Of a stretch of DNA of 64,000 bases, positions 48,266-59,375 are shown piece by piece. How positions within the stretch are numbered: the first letter of the stretch is position 1; each line of letters opens with the position of its first letter. This stretch comes from Methanobacteriota archaeon (lineage in GTDB: Archaea > Thermoplasmatota > E2 > DHVEG-1), in the NCBI GenBank assembly GCA_963769885.1, contig CAVYNH010000007.1, positions 480,001-544,000 on the forward strand, given 5' to 3'. The notes under the pieces are model-generated. The model made no database searches, had not been told where the DNA came from, and was given only the letters and a program-made list of their open reading frames with translations. A program made the translations under genes and the position numbers.

Positions 48266-48409
48266 CGTGGTCTAGAGCCAGACCAACGCACAACCCCCTT
48301 ATTTAGTTACCGACCTCCCCTCCCGGAAACCATCATAAAAACCAGAGAAGAAAAATATTGAAATAACACGCGAACCATGCCTACAAAAAAAACGGAGAGG
48401 CGACTCCCC

Positions 48410-49384
48410 ATGAAGGTCTTCGTCACCAGAAAAATTCCAGACACAGGACTATCACTCCTGAAAAAAGAACTCACCGTCGATGTCTTCCCCGAAGACCGCA
48501 TCCCTACAAAACAAGAGATCATCGATGGAATAAAAGATGCTGATGGCCTCCTCTGTCTACTCACAGACCCAATAGATAAAGATGTCATCGCCGCCGGCCC
48601 ACGACTCCGCATGATCGCCTCCTACGCCGTCGGCTACGACAACATCGACGTCGCCGCCGCCACCAAAAGAGGCATCCTCGTCAGCAACACCCCAGGCGTC
48701 CTGACGGATGCGACCGCGGACCTTGCCTGGGCGCTGCTCCTGAGCGCCGCCCGCCGAATCCCCGAAGGAGATCGCTTCTGCCGGGTCGGTAAATTCAACG
48801 GCTGGGCGCCCCTGCTCATGGCCGGCCAGGCCGTCACCGGCAAGACCCTCGGCATCATCGGCGCCGGCCGCATCGGCACCGCCATGGCCCTCAAAAGCAA
48901 AGGCTTCAACATGACATTACTCTATACTGATACACAGCCGAACAAGACCCTGGAACGTGAGTTGAATGCAAAGCTCGTCCCCTTACCTGAGTTGCTCCAG
49001 AGGTCGGATTTCGTCTCGATTCACGTCGCCCTAACGCCGGCAACGAACCATCTCATCGGTACGGATCAGCTGCGGATGATGAAACCGACCGCAGTCCTCA
49101 TCAACACCTCCCGTGGCCCCGTGATCGATGAGAAAGCATTAGTCATGGCGCTGCGCGAGCAGTGGATATTCAGCGCTGGGCTTGATGTGTACGAACACGA
49201 ACCGAAAATCCCCCACGGACTAAAGGAACTCCCCAACGTGGTCTTGGCCCCGCATGTCGGGTCTGCGACCATGGACGCCCGAGGGGACATGGCTCGCATG
49301 GCCGTGGAAAACATGCTCGCCGGACTCCAAGGTAAACTCCCCCCTAATTGCGTCAACCCTGAGGCGTATCGGAAAAAGGCTTAG
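48410..49384 (+). CDS. gyaR: Glyoxylate reductase / D-glycerate dehydrogenase
   Basis: AVGYDNID, NTPGVLT, GAGRIG, INTSRG, DVYEHEP and PHVGSAT motifs. Confidence 0.88.
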   Translation: MKVFVTRKIPDTGLSLLKKELTVDVFPEDRIPTKQEIIDGIKDADGLLCLLTDPIDKDVIAAGPRLRMIASYAVGYDNIDVAAATKRGILVSNTPGVLTDATADLAWALLLSAARRIPEGDRFCRVGKFNGWAPLLMAGQAVTGKTLGIIGAGRIGTAMALKSKGFNMTLLYTDTQPNKTLERELNAKLVPLPELLQRSDFVSIHVALTPATNHLIGTDQLRMMKPTAVLINTSRGPVIDEKALVMALREQWIFSAGLDVYEHEPKIPHGLKELPNVVLAPHVGSATMDARGDMARMAVENMLAGLQGKLPPNCVNPEAYRKKA

Positions 49385-50019
49385 AGGGTGAAGACCCAGA
49401 CCTCGGGCTCCTTAGGCAGCTCGTCTTTTTCAATATCCATCTCGTTGCCGACTTTCAGAATCTTGTAATTGTTCCTTTCGAGGAAGGGGTCGAGGCCAGC
49501 GATAGGAATGGATAGGCCTTCGATGCGGTAGTGCATGGGGATCGCGATCCGTGGCTTGATTTGATGAATGACAGCCCAGGCCTGATCCGCGTCAATAGTG
49601 TAGGTGCCGCCGATAGGGATGAAGAGGATGTCGATCTTGCCGATCTGCTGTAAGGTTTTTTCGTCGAGCATGTGGCCGAGGTCGCCGAGATGGCAGAACA
49701 TGACATTGTCGCAGAAGAACTTGTAGACGATGTTCTTGCCGCGTTTGGCGCCGGAGACGGTGTCGTGGAAGGTCTCGATGCCTTGGATCTGGACGCCACC
49801 GATGGTCCGTTTCCGGTCATCGGTGATGACCTTGGAGTCGGGTTTCTCAACGGTTTTGACGCTGTTGTGGTCGTAGTGGTTGTGAGTGATGAGAATGATG
49901 TCGCCTTTGGAGGTGGGGGCTGGGATGCCGATGGATTTGCCGTCGTGCGGGTCCGTGATGATCGTGGTGTCGTTAGCGATTTCAAAGCAGGAATGGCCAT
50001 GCCAGCGTATCTGTAACAA
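49381..50019 (-). CDS. MBL-fold metallo-hydrolase (UPF0173-like)
   Basis: W.GHSCF, THNHYDH, HLGD and IPMHY motifs. Confidence 0.88.
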   Translation of the reverse strand: MLQIRWHGHSCFEIANDTTIITDPHDGKSIGIPAPTSKGDIILITHNHYDHNSVKTVEKPDSKVITDDRKRTIGGVQIQGIETFHDTVSGAKRGKNIVYKFFCDNVMFCHLGDLGHMLDEKTLQQIGKIDILFIPIGGTYTIDADQAWAVIHQIKPRIAIPMHYRIEGLSIPIAGLDPFLERNNYKILKVGNEMDIEKDELPKEPEVWVFTL

Positions 50020-50091
50020 TCGAATCTCCTCCCCGCATTTCTGTGTAGCCTAGGACATCGCGTGGTTGGTTTAAATAAATTGTGAAAAAAT

Positions 50092-51126
50092 CTATGGACG
50101 GAGTCGGCCGAGGCGGATGTAGTCGATGGTTTTTTTGCCAGTCGCGGCGAAGATGAATTCTTTGTTGACGGTGTGGGCGAGGCGGACGGCTCTGCTGGTC
50201 TCGGCCCAGACGCTGGTGTAGGTGTCGGGGATGACGTGGATGAGGTATTCGGCGTGGGCTTTGTCTGGTGTGGTGCTGTAGGCGCGGAAGTCGGCGCCGA
50301 ATTTGAAGCCGGTTTTGACGAGGAGGCCGCGGGTTTTGAGGTCTTGGTAGACGCGGAGTCGCCGGTCGATGTTGGGCTGGAGGGTGGTCATGGTTTTTTT
50401 GGCTTGTTGGTCGGTGAGATGATTGTGGTCTGGGGTAGTGAGTGTCAGGGCTCCGTGGGTGGCGAGGTAGAGGGCTTCGACGAGGGAGAGTTGCAGGCCG
50501 GTGCCGAAGGGTTTGCCGAAGAATTCGGTGTCTTGGAGGGTGGTGGCGGCGGTGGGGTCGAAGATGAGGACGCGGTCTTTGAGGAGGAGGCCAGCGGTGT
50601 GGGGGTAGGGGTGGGAGGGGGTGTGGCCGTGGAGGTCGGGGTGGGTGATGTCGTAGTAGGTGATGTCGCCTTCTTCGTCGACGAGGGCGTACCAGAGTCT
50701 GCCGTGGTGGCGGGTGGTGGTGGTGAGGAGGGCGGTGGTCTGGGCAATGTCGAGGGCGTCGCGTTCGGAGAAGGCGATGATGCTGAGGGGGGCGGGGGTG
50801 GTTTGGGTGAAGGTGATGGGGGTGTCAGGGTTCCAGTGGATGTTGTGGCCGCGTGTTCTGAGGTCTTTGTAGGCGAGGTAGATGGTTTCGAAGTCGGGGA
50901 TGGTGTGGGCGGCGTGGGTGACGAGGTCGGTGAAGGTGATGGGGGTGTGGTTGTGGTAGACGGTGAGTTTGTGTTCGTCGGTGAGGTAGGTGGCTTCGAG
51001 GAGGGTGAGGCTGAGGTCGCCGGTTTTGGTGCGGCGGCCGAGGTGGCTTTTGTCGTAGAAGCGGCCGATGGCGCGTGGTTTGCGGATGATGATGTGGGTG
51101 CCGATGAGGTCTCCGGTAGCGTCCAT
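50092..51126 (-). CDS. endA: tRNA-intron endonuclease, homodimeric two-repeat type
   Basis: Two L.L.EA.YL...Y.DL..RG repeats; GFKFGADFRAY, His and RLAH.V.K catalytic residues; own ATG at 51126. Confidence 0.92.
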   Translation of the reverse strand: MDATGDLIGTHIIIRKPRAIGRFYDKSHLGRRTKTGDLSLTLLEATYLTDEHKLTVYHNHTPITFTDLVTHAAHTIPDFETIYLAYKDLRTRGHNIHWNPDTPITFTQTTPAPLSIIAFSERDALDIAQTTALLTTTTRHHGRLWYALVDEEGDITYYDITHPDLHGHTPSHPYPHTAGLLLKDRVLIFDPTAATTLQDTEFFGKPFGTGLQLSLVEALYLATHGALTLTTPDHNHLTDQQAKKTMTTLQPNIDRRLRVYQDLKTRGLLVKTGFKFGADFRAYSTTPDKAHAEYLIHVIPDTYTSVWAETSRAVRLAHTVNKEFIFAATGKKTIDYIRLGRLRP

Positions 51127-51152
51127 TGGGTGGGGTTTAGCAGGTTGGTTGT

Positions 51153-53247
51153 TTATTTGTTTTTTGTGTAGTAGTCGTTGATGCTGCGGGGGTGGGTGTC
51201 GGTGGGTGTGTGAGGTTCGGAGGCGGGTGGGGAAGCGGAGGCTGGTGGAGGAGCGGGGGTGGGTGGGGTGGTTGGTTTTGGTCTGGTGAGGAGGATGCCG
51301 AGGAGGAGGCCGATGCCGAGGCCGGCGAGGGTGCCGATGAGGGCGGCGATGAGGAAGAGCTGGAGGGTGGGTGTGAGGAGGGTGAGGGGGGTGGGGTGGA
51401 TGTCGGGGATGCCGAGGTAGCGGGAGGAGGTGGCGGCGAGTGGGGTGGTGAATTGGAGGGCGCCGGCGATGAGGTCGCTGTATTTGTAGTAGACGATGGC
51501 GGTGTCTTGGCTGGATTCGTTTTGGAGGCTTTGGGCGTATTCGTAGTAGCTGACGGCCAGGTACTGGTTCGATGCCGCGGTTGCGGCTTTCGGTGATGGC
51601 GGCGTTGGCGTGTCCTTGGGCGCGGGTGAGTTTGGCGGTGGTGAGGCCGTTGACGAGTTCGATGGCGAGGTTGGCTTTGGTGAGGGCTTCGAAGCTGGCG
51701 AAGAGGGCGGCGGCGGAGTGGTTGTCTTGGTTTTCGGTCTGGGCGGTTTGCAGGTCGGTCTGGGCGTCTTGGAGGTAGGGGCTGGTTTGGCCCATTTCTT
51801 GCAGGAGGATTTGGGAGTAGGCGATGGCTTGTTGGGCGTCGTCGATGTATTCGGTGGCGAGCAGGGAGAGGTTTGTTTGGTTGATGGGTGTAGTGTCGTT
51901 GAAGCCGTGTTGGATGGTGAGCCACCAGTGGATGCTGTCGGTGCGTTGGCGGGCGAAGGCGAGGTTGTAGAGGCCGGTGATGACGTCGCCGTTGGTGAGG
52001 CTGGTGTTGGCGGCGTCGAGGTAGGTTTGGGCTTCGGTGGCGCGTTGTTGGGCGGCGCCGATGCATTGGAGGCTGACGAGGCCGGTGATCTGGCTTGCGG
52101 CGAGGGTCGTGGTTTGGTTGCGGTAGTGGTGGAGGGTGTCTTGGGTGAGGCTGGTGAGGTAGGTGGTGTGGTTGGTGACTTGGTAGTAGTCGCAGGCGGT
52201 GGTGACGGTGGTGGCGTCGACGAGGGATTGGAAGGTTTTGCTCATGACGGTGTAGAAGCTGTTGTTGGTGTACCAGTCGCGGGCTTCGATGAGGCGCTCT
52301 TGGGCGTCGTTGAGGTAGTCGGTGATTTGGTTGCGGGTGTAGTCTGGCCAGCGGTTGGGGATGGTGGTGGTGTTGAAGGCGTGGCTGGCGTTGTGGTAGG
52401 TCTGGTTGGTTTGGTTGAGGAGGAGGGAGGCGATGGGGCGCATGACAGCTTGGTAGTCGTCTGTGGTGATGCGGTTGTTGGAGGTGACGGCGGGGAAGCG
52501 CCAGCCGGTGAAGTATTGGAGGGCGTCGTTGATGTCTTCGGCTTCGGAGACGGTTATGCCGTAGGTGGTTTGGGCGTAGTCGGAGACGTTGCGGGTGACG
52601 GGGTGGGTGACGATCTGGGTCCAGCCGGGGCCGCTGACGGTCTCGGTGATGGTGTCGGTGTAGGTCATCTGGCCTTTGGGGATGATGAAGCGGGTGGCGC
52701 CGATGCTGTTGGCGGCGTCGATTTTTTGGGTGATGCCGCCGATGGGGCCGATGCTGCCGTCGGGGTCGATCATGCCGGTCATGACGGTTTTGTTGTCCAG
52801 CGTCCAGTTTTCGAGCAAGGCGATGGTGGCGACGGTCATGATGGCGCCGGCCGAAGGACCTCCTATGGTGGGGGCGGTGGTGCGGACGACGAAGAAGTAG
52901 TCGCAGGTGGCGGGGTCGAGGTGGGTGCGGTTGTCGTTTTTGACGAGGCCGGTGGCGACTTTGACGGCGAGTCGGGCGCTGCCTTGCATGTCGACGTCGG
53001 TGAGGGGGAGGGTGTCGACGAAGACGCGGCCGGTGCCGTGGGTCTGGATGGTGACGGTGATGGTGGAGATGACGCCTTGTTCGCCGGCGTCGGTCTGGGC
53101 GACGGCGGGGGCGAAGACGGTGACGTTTCGGTATTCGAGTGAGGCGGAGCCAGTGTACACGCGGCCGGGGCCGACGGTCGCGGCGATGGGTGCGGTGATG
53201 CTGCTGAGGATGAGGATGGCTGCGAGAAGGATGCTGCGGATGCTCAT
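51153..53247 (-). CDS. Secreted, membrane-anchored S16 (Lon-like Ser-Lys) protease, frameshifted near 51560
   Basis: GGPSAG, MTGMI.PDGSIGPIGG..QKI motifs. Removing one base restores IEPVLAVSYYEY, a C-terminal TM and stop at 51153 (span 2095 = 3n+1). Confidence 0.82.
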
Positions 53248-53557
53248 GGGCGTTCCCCGGTTTCGGGGTAATTCAGGGGACGGTATTAATAGTTTGCTTG
53301 GTTCCGGGGATATTTTAGGCGAGGGCTGTGGGAGTTCTGAAGGTGCCGGCGCTTAATTGGCTTTGGTGTCCTCAATAAGAGTCTGATGTTGAGAAACTGG
53401 AGTCAAGAAGTCTAGTTCGTTTGCGTTCATATTAGATTTTATTCGACTATTTGTTTCGATTACAGAGTTTTTTTATTGGACTTAAGGTTTTCGAAATGTT
53501 GAAGAGAGCAAATTGTATAAATTATGTAAGTCTTTTTAATGAGGGAGGACGAAAGAG

Positions 53558-55117
53558 ATGAAGAACGCGAAAATATTTTTTGGAAAGGCCGGTGTTCTGC
53601 TCACTGTAGCAGTACTGACATTGACATCTATGGTCATTGTTCCTCTGAAAGCAACGCCACTGTTCGCGAATGATGTTGGAGTCTCTGCGATACACTCACC
53701 AACCACGGGACCTGTACAGACATATCCCGTACAAGTGACTGTCACGAACTATGGAACGAACCCCGAGAGAAATTTTTTTGTGGAGGTGACAATAGAGAAG
53801 ATGGGAGGAAGCCCAGAATATGATCAGTCAATAGCCATCACCTCATGGCTAAACCCTGGGAATTCCACGAATGTCGCCTTCCCTAGCTGGACGCCGGCAG
53901 ATGGATTAGGTGAATACCAAGTCACAGCATGCACACAATTGGGTGGCGATCAAAATACAAGCAATGACTGTCTAACAGTAGTCTTCTATCTCGCTATCAA
54001 TATTTTTGGATTCAACCACGTTCCTCTGGGTGCGGCAGCATTGAATATTGTCAACGGCACACTCGTGGTTTCGAACATTGGGACAAGCGGCAATGATGGA
54101 GTCCAGGTTTTACTACCAATGGACATCGTCAGTTTCAGGCCCGAACTTGGATTTGAAAACCCGGCTCAGGTTGCATCTGTCAAATTGACAAGCAAAGGGA
54201 TCGTCGACGGAGCACCAGGCCACGTCGCCACGGTCATCGGCCTAAATTTAACGAACGGAGGAAAGAATATCGCAATGACCTTTGACGCATCGGCACTGCA
54301 GCCGCAATACATCATGGCGGACTATTACCGCGATGGATCCCCAATGCCTATTAAAACAGAAAAAATACCAATAAGCCCGGGGTATACTCCAATGTGGCAA
54401 ATCGCTCGTGAAGACGGCGCTGAGGACTTCATGGTCAAAGTCGAAGCGATACCTCGCGAAACAGTGGCTATACACACAGACATTACTCAGCTGTCGAACA
54501 GCGGACCGTATTCTCAGTCATTATCAAATATCGACGACAATGGTATTTGCGGCGGGTCTGATTTTAAGGGACACAAGGACAATGTTACGACCCCGAAAGG
54601 CAATGTAACCGAGGTCGACACCATCTGGTTCTATACCCAGAATTGTACCTTCCAACTTCAGAACTATACCGGCCTATTCTTGACTGGGAAAGCGAACAGT
54701 CCGACCCCGATATCACTGACCGTGGCGGATGAGAAGGCGGTGACCACTCAGACCAGAGTCACCACTCCAGAGATGACGGGCCCGATGAGCGGTAAGATAT
54801 TCAAGAAATGCGATTACAACGTCAGCGCCATAGACCCCCAGGGGGGCGTCGTCTACTACTGGGTCTACTGGGGCTGTGACGAGTCTGTCGGCTGGCTAGG
54901 GCCGTACAACTCCAGTGCAACCGCAAAGGTGAGCTTCACCTGGACCCACAAGAACCACTATGTCATCGGGGCGCTGGCGAAAAACATCGACGGGTTCGAC
55001 AGCGGCTGGAAAGCACTGACAATCGCGATGCCCTACGAGCCTCCTCACTGGTTCCTGCAGTTCCTCCAAAATCATCCGCACGCGTTCCCGATACTGCAAC
55101 ACCTACTCAGACTCTAG
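53558..55117 (+). CDS. Secreted protein: CARDB-like domain, unknown middle domain, degenerate PKD and amphipathic tail
   Basis: Signal peptide; NDVGVSAI.SP...DQN.SND; YYWVYWG..GWLGPY; MPYEPP...HPHAFPIL tail. Confidence 0.78.
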   Translation: MKNAKIFFGKAGVLLTVAVLTLTSMVIVPLKATPLFANDVGVSAIHSPTTGPVQTYPVQVTVTNYGTNPERNFFVEVTIEKMGGSPEYDQSIAITSWLNPGNSTNVAFPSWTPADGLGEYQVTACTQLGGDQNTSNDCLTVVFYLAINIFGFNHVPLGAAALNIVNGTLVVSNIGTSGNDGVQVLLPMDIVSFRPELGFENPAQVASVKLTSKGIVDGAPGHVATVIGLNLTNGGKNIAMTFDASALQPQYIMADYYRDGSPMPIKTEKIPISPGYTPMWQIAREDGAEDFMVKVEAIPRETVAIHTDITQLSNSGPYSQSLSNIDDNGICGGSDFKGHKDNVTTPKGNVTEVDTIWFYTQNCTFQLQNYTGLFLTGKANSPTPISLTVADEKAVTTQTRVTTPEMTGPMSGKIFKKCDYNVSAIDPQGGVVYYWVYWGCDESVGWLGPYNSSATAKVSFTWTHKNHYVIGALAKNIDGFDSGWKALTIAMPYEPPHWFLQFLQNHPHAFPILQHLLRL

Positions 55118-55225
55118 TACCTCCCCCTCTTCTTTTTTTCTTTCTTTTCTATAATGAGCCTGGCTCATAATCGTTAAATATCATCAGAGAAATACTTGGC
55201 AAGCAAAGGACGGAGTGAGAAGAAG

Positions 55226-55894
55226 ATGAAGCACCACGAACAATCCATTGGAGCCGTATTCGCTGTCCTCATCATGATGGTGGGATTGACAGGATGTACA
55301 CAACAGAATACTCAGAATCAAGTTCCTCCCACGAAGGAATCGGTCCAGGCGATCCTGTCCAAGGCTGAGACGATCGAGAGTATGTCGTACAATATCAACG
55401 GCTCCTTGAATCTCACGTCCTACGTCACCGAAGTCCTGGGTATGAAGGTCTGGCACAAGAATCCGTACTTGAAAGAGAACATAACCGTTTACCCACTCGG
55501 GATCCCTATTACGACCACGATTATCCAACGGCCCGAAGGGACGTATATCTATAATAATAATACAGGCAAGTATGAGCTTAACTCGAGCATCCCCTCGTTT
55601 GTTACCGCGTTCAAATACATCGACCCCGTAATGATCAAGGACTTACTGAACAACCAGACCATCACGCACTTCGACACAGCGGTTCTCGACGGCAAGCAAA
55701 CCACCGTGCTCAACTATACAGTGCCCTTGCAGGGCAACTACAGCATCAAAGTCATCGTATGGATCTGGAACGACATGGGCATCCCCCTGAAAGCACTGCT
55801 TGAGATGAACACGATAATCAAGATGAACATTGACATCAGGTTCACCAACTACTCCTTCGCCAGCATCCCTGACAGCGAGTTTGACGTCACCTGA
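55226..55894 (+). CDS. Putative lipoprotein, LolA-like fold
   Basis: Lipobox GLTGC; KVW.K, WIW...GIPLK and FTNYSF..IPDS.F motifs. Confidence 0.7.
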   Translation: MKHHEQSIGAVFAVLIMMVGLTGCTQQNTQNQVPPTKESVQAILSKAETIESMSYNINGSLNLTSYVTEVLGMKVWHKNPYLKENITVYPLGIPITTTIIQRPEGTYIYNNNTGKYELNSSIPSFVTAFKYIDPVMIKDLLNNQTITHFDTAVLDGKQTTVLNYTVPLQGNYSIKVIVWIWNDMGIPLKALLEMNTIIKMNIDIRFTNYSFASIPDSEFDVT

Positions 55895-56051
55895 GGAACA
55901 CCCGATCCTGACTCCTCTTTTATTAGGAGGGTTTCATCCTCGAAACATCCATAATAATTAAGTAGAACTACCCGATACCATCCACTGTCTCACCCAGAAG
56001 AACCCCTCCTTATCCCACCCTGAAAGACCGGTGCCGACAAGGGAGGGGCAG

Positions 56052-57890
56052 ATGGAGGCACAACTTCCTATGGTACAACTCCACGAACTCGTCCTCCGCG
56101 ATGGCCACCAGTCACTCCTCGCGACCCGTATGCGCACCGAAGACATGTTGCCAATCGCAGAAAAACTCGACTCAGTCGGCTTCTTCAGCCTCGAAGTCTG
56201 GGGCGGCGCCACCTACGACGTCTGCATCCGCTACCTCAACCAAGACCCCTGGGACCGCCTCCGAGCACTCAAAAAAGCCATGCCCAACACCCCACTACAG
56301 ATGCTCGAACGCGCCATGAACATCGTCGCCTACTGGAACTTCCCCGACGACACCGTCAAAAAATTCATCTACTTCGCCAAAAAGAACGGCTGCGACTACT
56401 TCCGCATCTTCGACGCCCTCAACGACCTGCGCAACATGAAAACACCCATGCAGGCCGTCAAAGACAACGGCGCCCACGTCCAAGCCTGCCTCAGCTACAC
56501 CATCAGCCCCATCCACACCGTCGACTACTTCGTCGACAAATTCCACACCCTCGTCAAGATGGGCGCCGACTCCCTCTGCATCAAGGACATGGCCGGCATG
56601 ATCTCCCCGAAACGAGCCTACGACATCATCAAAGGCTGCAAGGACTCCGGCATCACCCTGCCGATGGACCTCCACACCCACTGCACCAGCGGCATGACCG
56701 GCATGGCCTACCAACGCGCGGCCGAGGCCGGCGTCGACATCCTCGACACCTCCATCTCCCCAATCTCCGGGGGCACCGCCGCGCCCGCCACCGAAAGCAT
56801 CGTCGCCGCCTTCCAAGGCACCCAGTGGGACACCAACTACGATTTACCACTCCTCATCGACTGCCGCACCTACTTCCTCAAAGTCTGGGAGAAGTACCGC
56901 CACCTCCATCGCTTCGACGCCCTCAAAGTCGACCCCTCCGTCACCCTCCACCAAGTCCCCGGCGGCATGCTCAGCAACCTCATCTTCCAGCTCGAAGAAC
57001 AAGGCGCCCGCGACAAATACCGCGAAATCCTCGCCGAGACCGCACGAGTCCGCGAAGAACTCGGCTACCCGCCCCTCGTCACCCCCACCAGCCAGGTCGT
57101 CGGCGTCCAAGCCGTCATGAACGTCCTCCACGGCCGCTACAAGGTCATCACCAAAGAGACCAAGGACTACTGCCGCGGCATGTACGGCCAGCCCCCCGCC
57201 CCCATCAAAGCCGAGATCATGAAACTCGTCCTCGGCCCCAAATGGAAAGACGAGATCATCGACAAACGACCCTCCGACCTCCTCGAACCCCTCTGGGACA
57301 AGAAGAAGAAAGAGCTGCAGGAGATCGACGGCGGCGCCCTCATCAAAAAAGAAGAGGACGTCATGACCTACATCCTCTACCCCCAGGTCGCCTTGAAGTT
57401 CCTGCGCGGCCAGGCCGTCCCCGAGTTCACCTCCGAGCAACTCCCACTCCCCATCGACCACGCCTTGACTCGCGGCATGGTCAAACAATCCTTCCCAGAA
57501 ATCAAGCAGCTCTGGCTGGAGACGCTCCCGCCGGAGCAGCGCAGCGGGCCCGCGCAGATCCCCACCGAGTTCCAAGTCGAGGTCAACGGCGAGCCCTTCG
57601 AAGTCAAGGTCGTCCCCAGCGGCGGCTTCATGGTCGCCGGCGCCGGCGCCGCAACCCCGCAGAAACCCAAAGACGTCGAGGGCGGCGTGAAATCCAGCCT
57701 CCAAGGCACCATCCTCAAGGTCAAGGTCAAGAAAGGGGACACGGTCAAGAAAGGCGACGTCATCGCCACCATCGAAGCCATGAAGATGGAACAAGAACTC
57801 AAGACTGACCGCGACGGCGAAGTCAAAGACATCTACATCAAGGAAGGCGGCCCTGTCTCGACCGGCGACCTCCTCATGCAGATCCTCTAA
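56052..57890 (+). CDS. pycB: Pyruvate carboxylase subunit B (carboxyltransferase plus biotin carrier)
   Basis: LRDGHQSL.ATR, WGGATYD, IKDMAG, HTH, LVTPTSQ and EAMKME motifs. Start could also be 56070. Confidence 0.85.
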   Translation: MEAQLPMVQLHELVLRDGHQSLLATRMRTEDMLPIAEKLDSVGFFSLEVWGGATYDVCIRYLNQDPWDRLRALKKAMPNTPLQMLERAMNIVAYWNFPDDTVKKFIYFAKKNGCDYFRIFDALNDLRNMKTPMQAVKDNGAHVQACLSYTISPIHTVDYFVDKFHTLVKMGADSLCIKDMAGMISPKRAYDIIKGCKDSGITLPMDLHTHCTSGMTGMAYQRAAEAGVDILDTSISPISGGTAAPATESIVAAFQGTQWDTNYDLPLLIDCRTYFLKVWEKYRHLHRFDALKVDPSVTLHQVPGGMLSNLIFQLEEQGARDKYREILAETARVREELGYPPLVTPTSQVVGVQAVMNVLHGRYKVITKETKDYCRGMYGQPPAPIKAEIMKLVLGPKWKDEIIDKRPSDLLEPLWDKKKKELQEIDGGALIKKEEDVMTYILYPQVALKFLRGQAVPEFTSEQLPLPIDHALTRGMVKQSFPEIKQLWLETLPPEQRSGPAQIPTEFQVEVNGEPFEVKVVPSGGFMVAGAGAATPQKPKDVEGGVKSSLQGTILKVKVKKGDTVKKGDVIATIEAMKMEQELKTDRDGEVKDIYIKEGGPVSTGDLLMQIL

Positions 57891-57903
57891 AGGTGATTTA
57901 GGA

Positions 57904-59370
57904 ATGCTCAACAAAGTCCTCATCGCCAACCGCGGCGAGATCGCCATCCGCATCATGCGCGCCTGTAAAGAGTTCGGCATCCCCACCGTCGCTGTCTACT
58001 CGGACGCGGACGTCCAGGCGCTCTTCGTCAAATACGCGGACGAGAAATACAACATCGGCCCCGGCCCCGCCAGCCAAAGCTACCTGCAGAAACAAAAAAT
58101 CATCGACGTCGCCTTAAAGTGCGGCGCGGAGGGCATCCACCCGGGGTACGGGTTCCTCGCTGAGAACCATGAGTTCGCGGCAATGTGCAAAAAGAACGGC
58201 ATCGAGTTCATCGGCCCGCCCGTCCATGCCATGGAGCTGATGGGCTCCAAGATCGACTCGAAGAAATCCATGATTAAGGCCGGGGTCCACGTCGTCCCCG
58301 GCGTCACCGAGGCCATCGCGGACCACGAACGCGCCAAAGACATCGCCCACGAGATCGGATACCCCGTCATGCTCAAGGCCTCCTCTGGGGGCGGCGGCAT
58401 CGGCATCGTCAAAGTCGAGGACGAGACACAGATGGAAAAGGCACTCAGCACCGTCCGAACGCTGGCGAAGAACTCGTTCGGCGACGACGCGGTGTTCATC
58501 GAGAAATTCATCGACACCCCCCGCCACATCGAATTCCAGGTCATCGGCGACAAAAAAGGCCATCTCATCCACTGCTTCGAACGAGAATGCAGCGTCCAGC
58601 GGCGGAACCAGAAGCTCATCGAAGAGACGCCGTCGTGCGCCCTGACCTCGGAGCTGCGCAAAGAAATCGGAGATCAGGCCGTCCTGGCCGCGAAGACCGC
58701 CGGGTACTACAACGCCGGCACCTGCGAGTTCATGTTCCGCAAAGGCGAGTATTTCTTCCTGGAAATGAACACCCGTCTCCAGGTCGAACATCCGATCACC
58801 GAACAGATCACCGGCATCGACCTCGCCAGAGAACAGCTCCGGGTCGCCTCCGGCCTCGAACTCGAATACAACCAGGAAGACGTGAAAGCCCGCGGGCACG
58901 CGATCGAATGCCGTATCAACGCCGAGGACCCCCTGAACAACTTCTGCCCGGCCCCCGGGAAGATCTTCCGGTACGCTGAGCCGAGCGGACCAGGCATCCG
59001 CATTGACTCCGGGGTGTATCAAGGCTTCACGATTCCTCCCTTCTATGATTCCCTGATTGCCAAGCTAATCGTCTGGGCGGAGGACCGCCCCCGCGCGATC
59101 AACCGGATGAAACGCGCGCTGTGGGAGTTCCAGATCGGCGGCGTGCGGCACAACATCCCCTTCCATCAAGTCGTCATGGATCACCCCGCCTGGCAGGCGG
59201 GGGATTACAACACCAGTTTCATCCCGAAATATAACATCTTGGAGCAAGTCGTCAAGACTGTTCAGGAGACGAAAGTCCCGTCGCAGACGCCGAAGGCAGC
59301 GGCAGCGATGGCCGCGGTGCAAGCGGTGATGATGGCGGCGAACAGTCAGCATCCAAAACCACCAGCATAG
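57904..59370 (+). CDS. pycA: Biotin carboxylase (pyruvate carboxylase subunit A)
   Basis: ANRGEIA, HPGYGFLAEN, RECSVQRR, EMNTRLQVEH and YDS.IAK motifs. Confidence 0.9.
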   Translation: MLNKVLIANRGEIAIRIMRACKEFGIPTVAVYSDADVQALFVKYADEKYNIGPGPASQSYLQKQKIIDVALKCGAEGIHPGYGFLAENHEFAAMCKKNGIEFIGPPVHAMELMGSKIDSKKSMIKAGVHVVPGVTEAIADHERAKDIAHEIGYPVMLKASSGGGGIGIVKVEDETQMEKALSTVRTLAKNSFGDDAVFIEKFIDTPRHIEFQVIGDKKGHLIHCFERECSVQRRNQKLIEETPSCALTSELRKEIGDQAVLAAKTAGYYNAGTCEFMFRKGEYFFLEMNTRLQVEHPITEQITGIDLAREQLRVASGLELEYNQEDVKARGHAIECRINAEDPLNNFCPAPGKIFRYAEPSGPGIRIDSGVYQGFTIPPFYDSLIAKLIVWAEDRPRAINRMKRALWEFQIGGVRHNIPFHQVVMDHPAWQAGDYNTSFIPKYNILEQVVKTVQETKVPSQTPKAAAAMAAVQAVMMAANSQHPKPPA

Positions 59371-59375
59371 TTCTC

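Noticed and set aside
50092-53247. 1051-aa Lon-like protease / tRNA endonuclease fusion in the ORF track
   Set aside because: Artefact of a +1 frameshift near 51560. The linker is off-frame His/Pro/Arg junk, the correct frame gives a TM anchor and stop at 51153, and endA has its own ATG at 51126.
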